Positions 62,280 to 64,000 of a DNA stretch of 64,000 nucleotides are shown here, piece after piece. Under the pieces are notes generated by a model. It saw only the letters and a program-made list of their open reading frames with translations. It made no database searches and was not told where the DNA came from. This DNA comes from Gekko japonicus. Its lineage: Eukaryota. Each line of letters begins with the position of its first letter. Position 1 is the stretch's first letter. Made by a program: the position numbers and the translations under genes. Where the stretch lies: the NCBI RefSeq assembly GCF_001447785.1, contig NW_015160873.1, positions 191,315-255,314 on the forward strand, given 5' to 3'.

Positions 62280-63649
62280 AGAGGGAGAACTGGCTGGATT
62301 TTACAGTAGCTTAAATGGTAACATGGGCAGGCAACATGTTTACGGTCAACCAGAATACTCGGGAAGGAATCATAGGTCAGTGGTGGGCTTGCCCGTTCTG
62401 GGTTGGGAAATTCCTGGAGATTTTGGGGGGTGGAGCCTGGAGGTGATGGGGTTTGGGAGGGGAGGGAGTTCAGCACAGCAGGGTATAATGCCATAGAAAC
62501 CAACTTCCAAGGCAGCCATTTTCTCCAGGAGAACAGATCTCTTGTCACTTGGAGAACAGGTGTAATTCTGGGAGATTCCAGACACCACATGGAGTTAGTG
62601 GTAGAGCATCTGTTTTGCATGCAGAAGGCTCCACATTCAATCCCTGGCATCTCTGTTTAAAAAGGATCATGTTGCAGGTGATGGAAAAGCCCTGGAGAGC
62701 ACCTGCCTGTCACAGTAGACAATGCTGACCTTGAATAGACCTGTGGTTGGTTCAGTATAAGGTGGCTTCCTGTGTTCAATGTGGCATGCAGTTTTAACCC
62801 AGCATGTTCTGAAATAATGTAGGAGGTCTTTAGGTGCACTTCAGTGCCTGGGGCAGCAAAGCATTTTGAGATCTCTCTGCATGTGCATATATAGTTTGTT
62901 ACTGCAAGCAAGGAGATCTTCTAATGGATGGCCACTCTATCCTGGGTGTGGTTTTGATAAGCAAAATGGTACCTTGCTGGAAAACATCCCCTCCCCAAAC
63001 TGATCTTCAAACACTTGAAAGGTAACTTTAAGATGTGGGAAGATCCATGATCTTGTGACTTGTGAACCCGAGAGGTAGGCTCCAGAGCTGCCAGTTACCT
63101 GTAGGTGAAGTACCTTGGGCTGTGAGGTATCTGATGCCATGCTTTGAAGGAGTGTCGTGTTTCCCCCCCCACCTATTGAAACATGTCAGAGAAAGCCTGT
63201 TCCAACTCGTTGGTTTCTTCCAAATCTTTGTCAGAATTGAGTTTTCGAATGGAAAGCATTTGAGGAAAGGTGACTGATTGCATACACAGCCTGCAACGAT
63301 GGTATAGCTCTCAAATAATACCTCCACGTTACCTTCAGGCTAAAATGCCTCGGCTGATACAATGCTCCCCTCCCACAGTTTATCATTTTCTCTGTTGCTC
63401 TATTTATGTACTTCCGACTGAAGCAAATACTACAAAGACACCATAAGCCCCCTCCCCCCCATTCACTCCTTAAAAGGAGACGAGCACTGCAGTTCTATGC
63501 AGAGTTATACAAGTCTATACACAACCTACTGACTCCAATCGGCCTAGATAGGAGTAATTTTGCACCTGGACTGTCTCATGACGGAGAAGAGGGACAGGAG
63601 CCACGAGCCAGGATAACTCTCACAGCGCCGTGGCACGTCCCAACCCACC

Positions 63650-64000
63650 ATTCTAGATGACTCGACGCCTCTCTGCAATGGGGCTGACTCGCAGCTAAGC
63701 TGACACAGGATTGCATCAGCCTAAACCGTTGTGTGTCCCTTCTTACCCAGGTTTCCTTATACCGCTTTTCCACCTTTGCAACCAAGGGGGCGTGCGCTAT
63801 GAACATGATAGCTCACAACCAGACTCACGCAACCCGATGACGAGGGGCACCGAGGGCCGGGAACCGTAAACGCCGCTTCTGCTCCGACTCTTTCGCCCTT
63901 TGGGGAAGGCGTGGGCGTGGTTTCCGCGCAGCCACGCGCTCGGCCCCTCCCCCCTCCAGCCCCCCTCCAGAGGGAGCCCGGGAGGAGGCGTGGCCTGAGG
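63650..64000. promoter_or_regulatory. Edge of a CpG island, probably the promoter of the next gene (NT5DC3 by synteny)
   Basis: Sharp rise in GC/CpG with GGGCGTGG Sp/KLF boxes. No coding sequence in the window, so gene identity is inferred from mammalian gene order only. Confidence 0.55.

Overview
Vertebrate genomic DNA from a squamate reptile, probably a gecko (Sauria SINE, 5S-derived SINE, Squam3-type SINE, BovB, CR1, L2, Penelope and hAT repeats). The window holds the conserved amniote block: GLT8D2 (last 6 coding exons, +), TDG (10 coding exons, 398 aa, -), UQCC6/C12orf73/BRAWNIN (67-aa micropeptide, +) and HSP90B1/GRP94 (18 exons, 795 aa, KDEL, -). All exons were reconstructed by hand with GT-AG boundaries and consistent phases. 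TDG and UQCC6 share a CpG-island promoter, and HSP90B1 has three ERSE-type elements. From 41 to 63.7 kb I found no intact gene. This repeat-dense interval is where mammals carry TTC41/GNN, and it ends in a CpG island that is probably the NT5DC3 promoter (synteny inference). Best leads: (1) young CpG-rich foldback hAT MITEs, one carrying CRE/ETS motifs, an ATG and a splice donor (a possible portable promoter/first-exon cassette); (2) a MITE inserted 16 nt from a TDG splice acceptor; (3) a possible alternative TDG first exon whose uORF stops 1 nt before an internal ATG; (4) a defective gamma-type ERV with nested LINEs; (5) an orphan RFX/ZNF143-type promoter with possible TTC41 remnants. Functional claims are hypotheses, and no database search was run.
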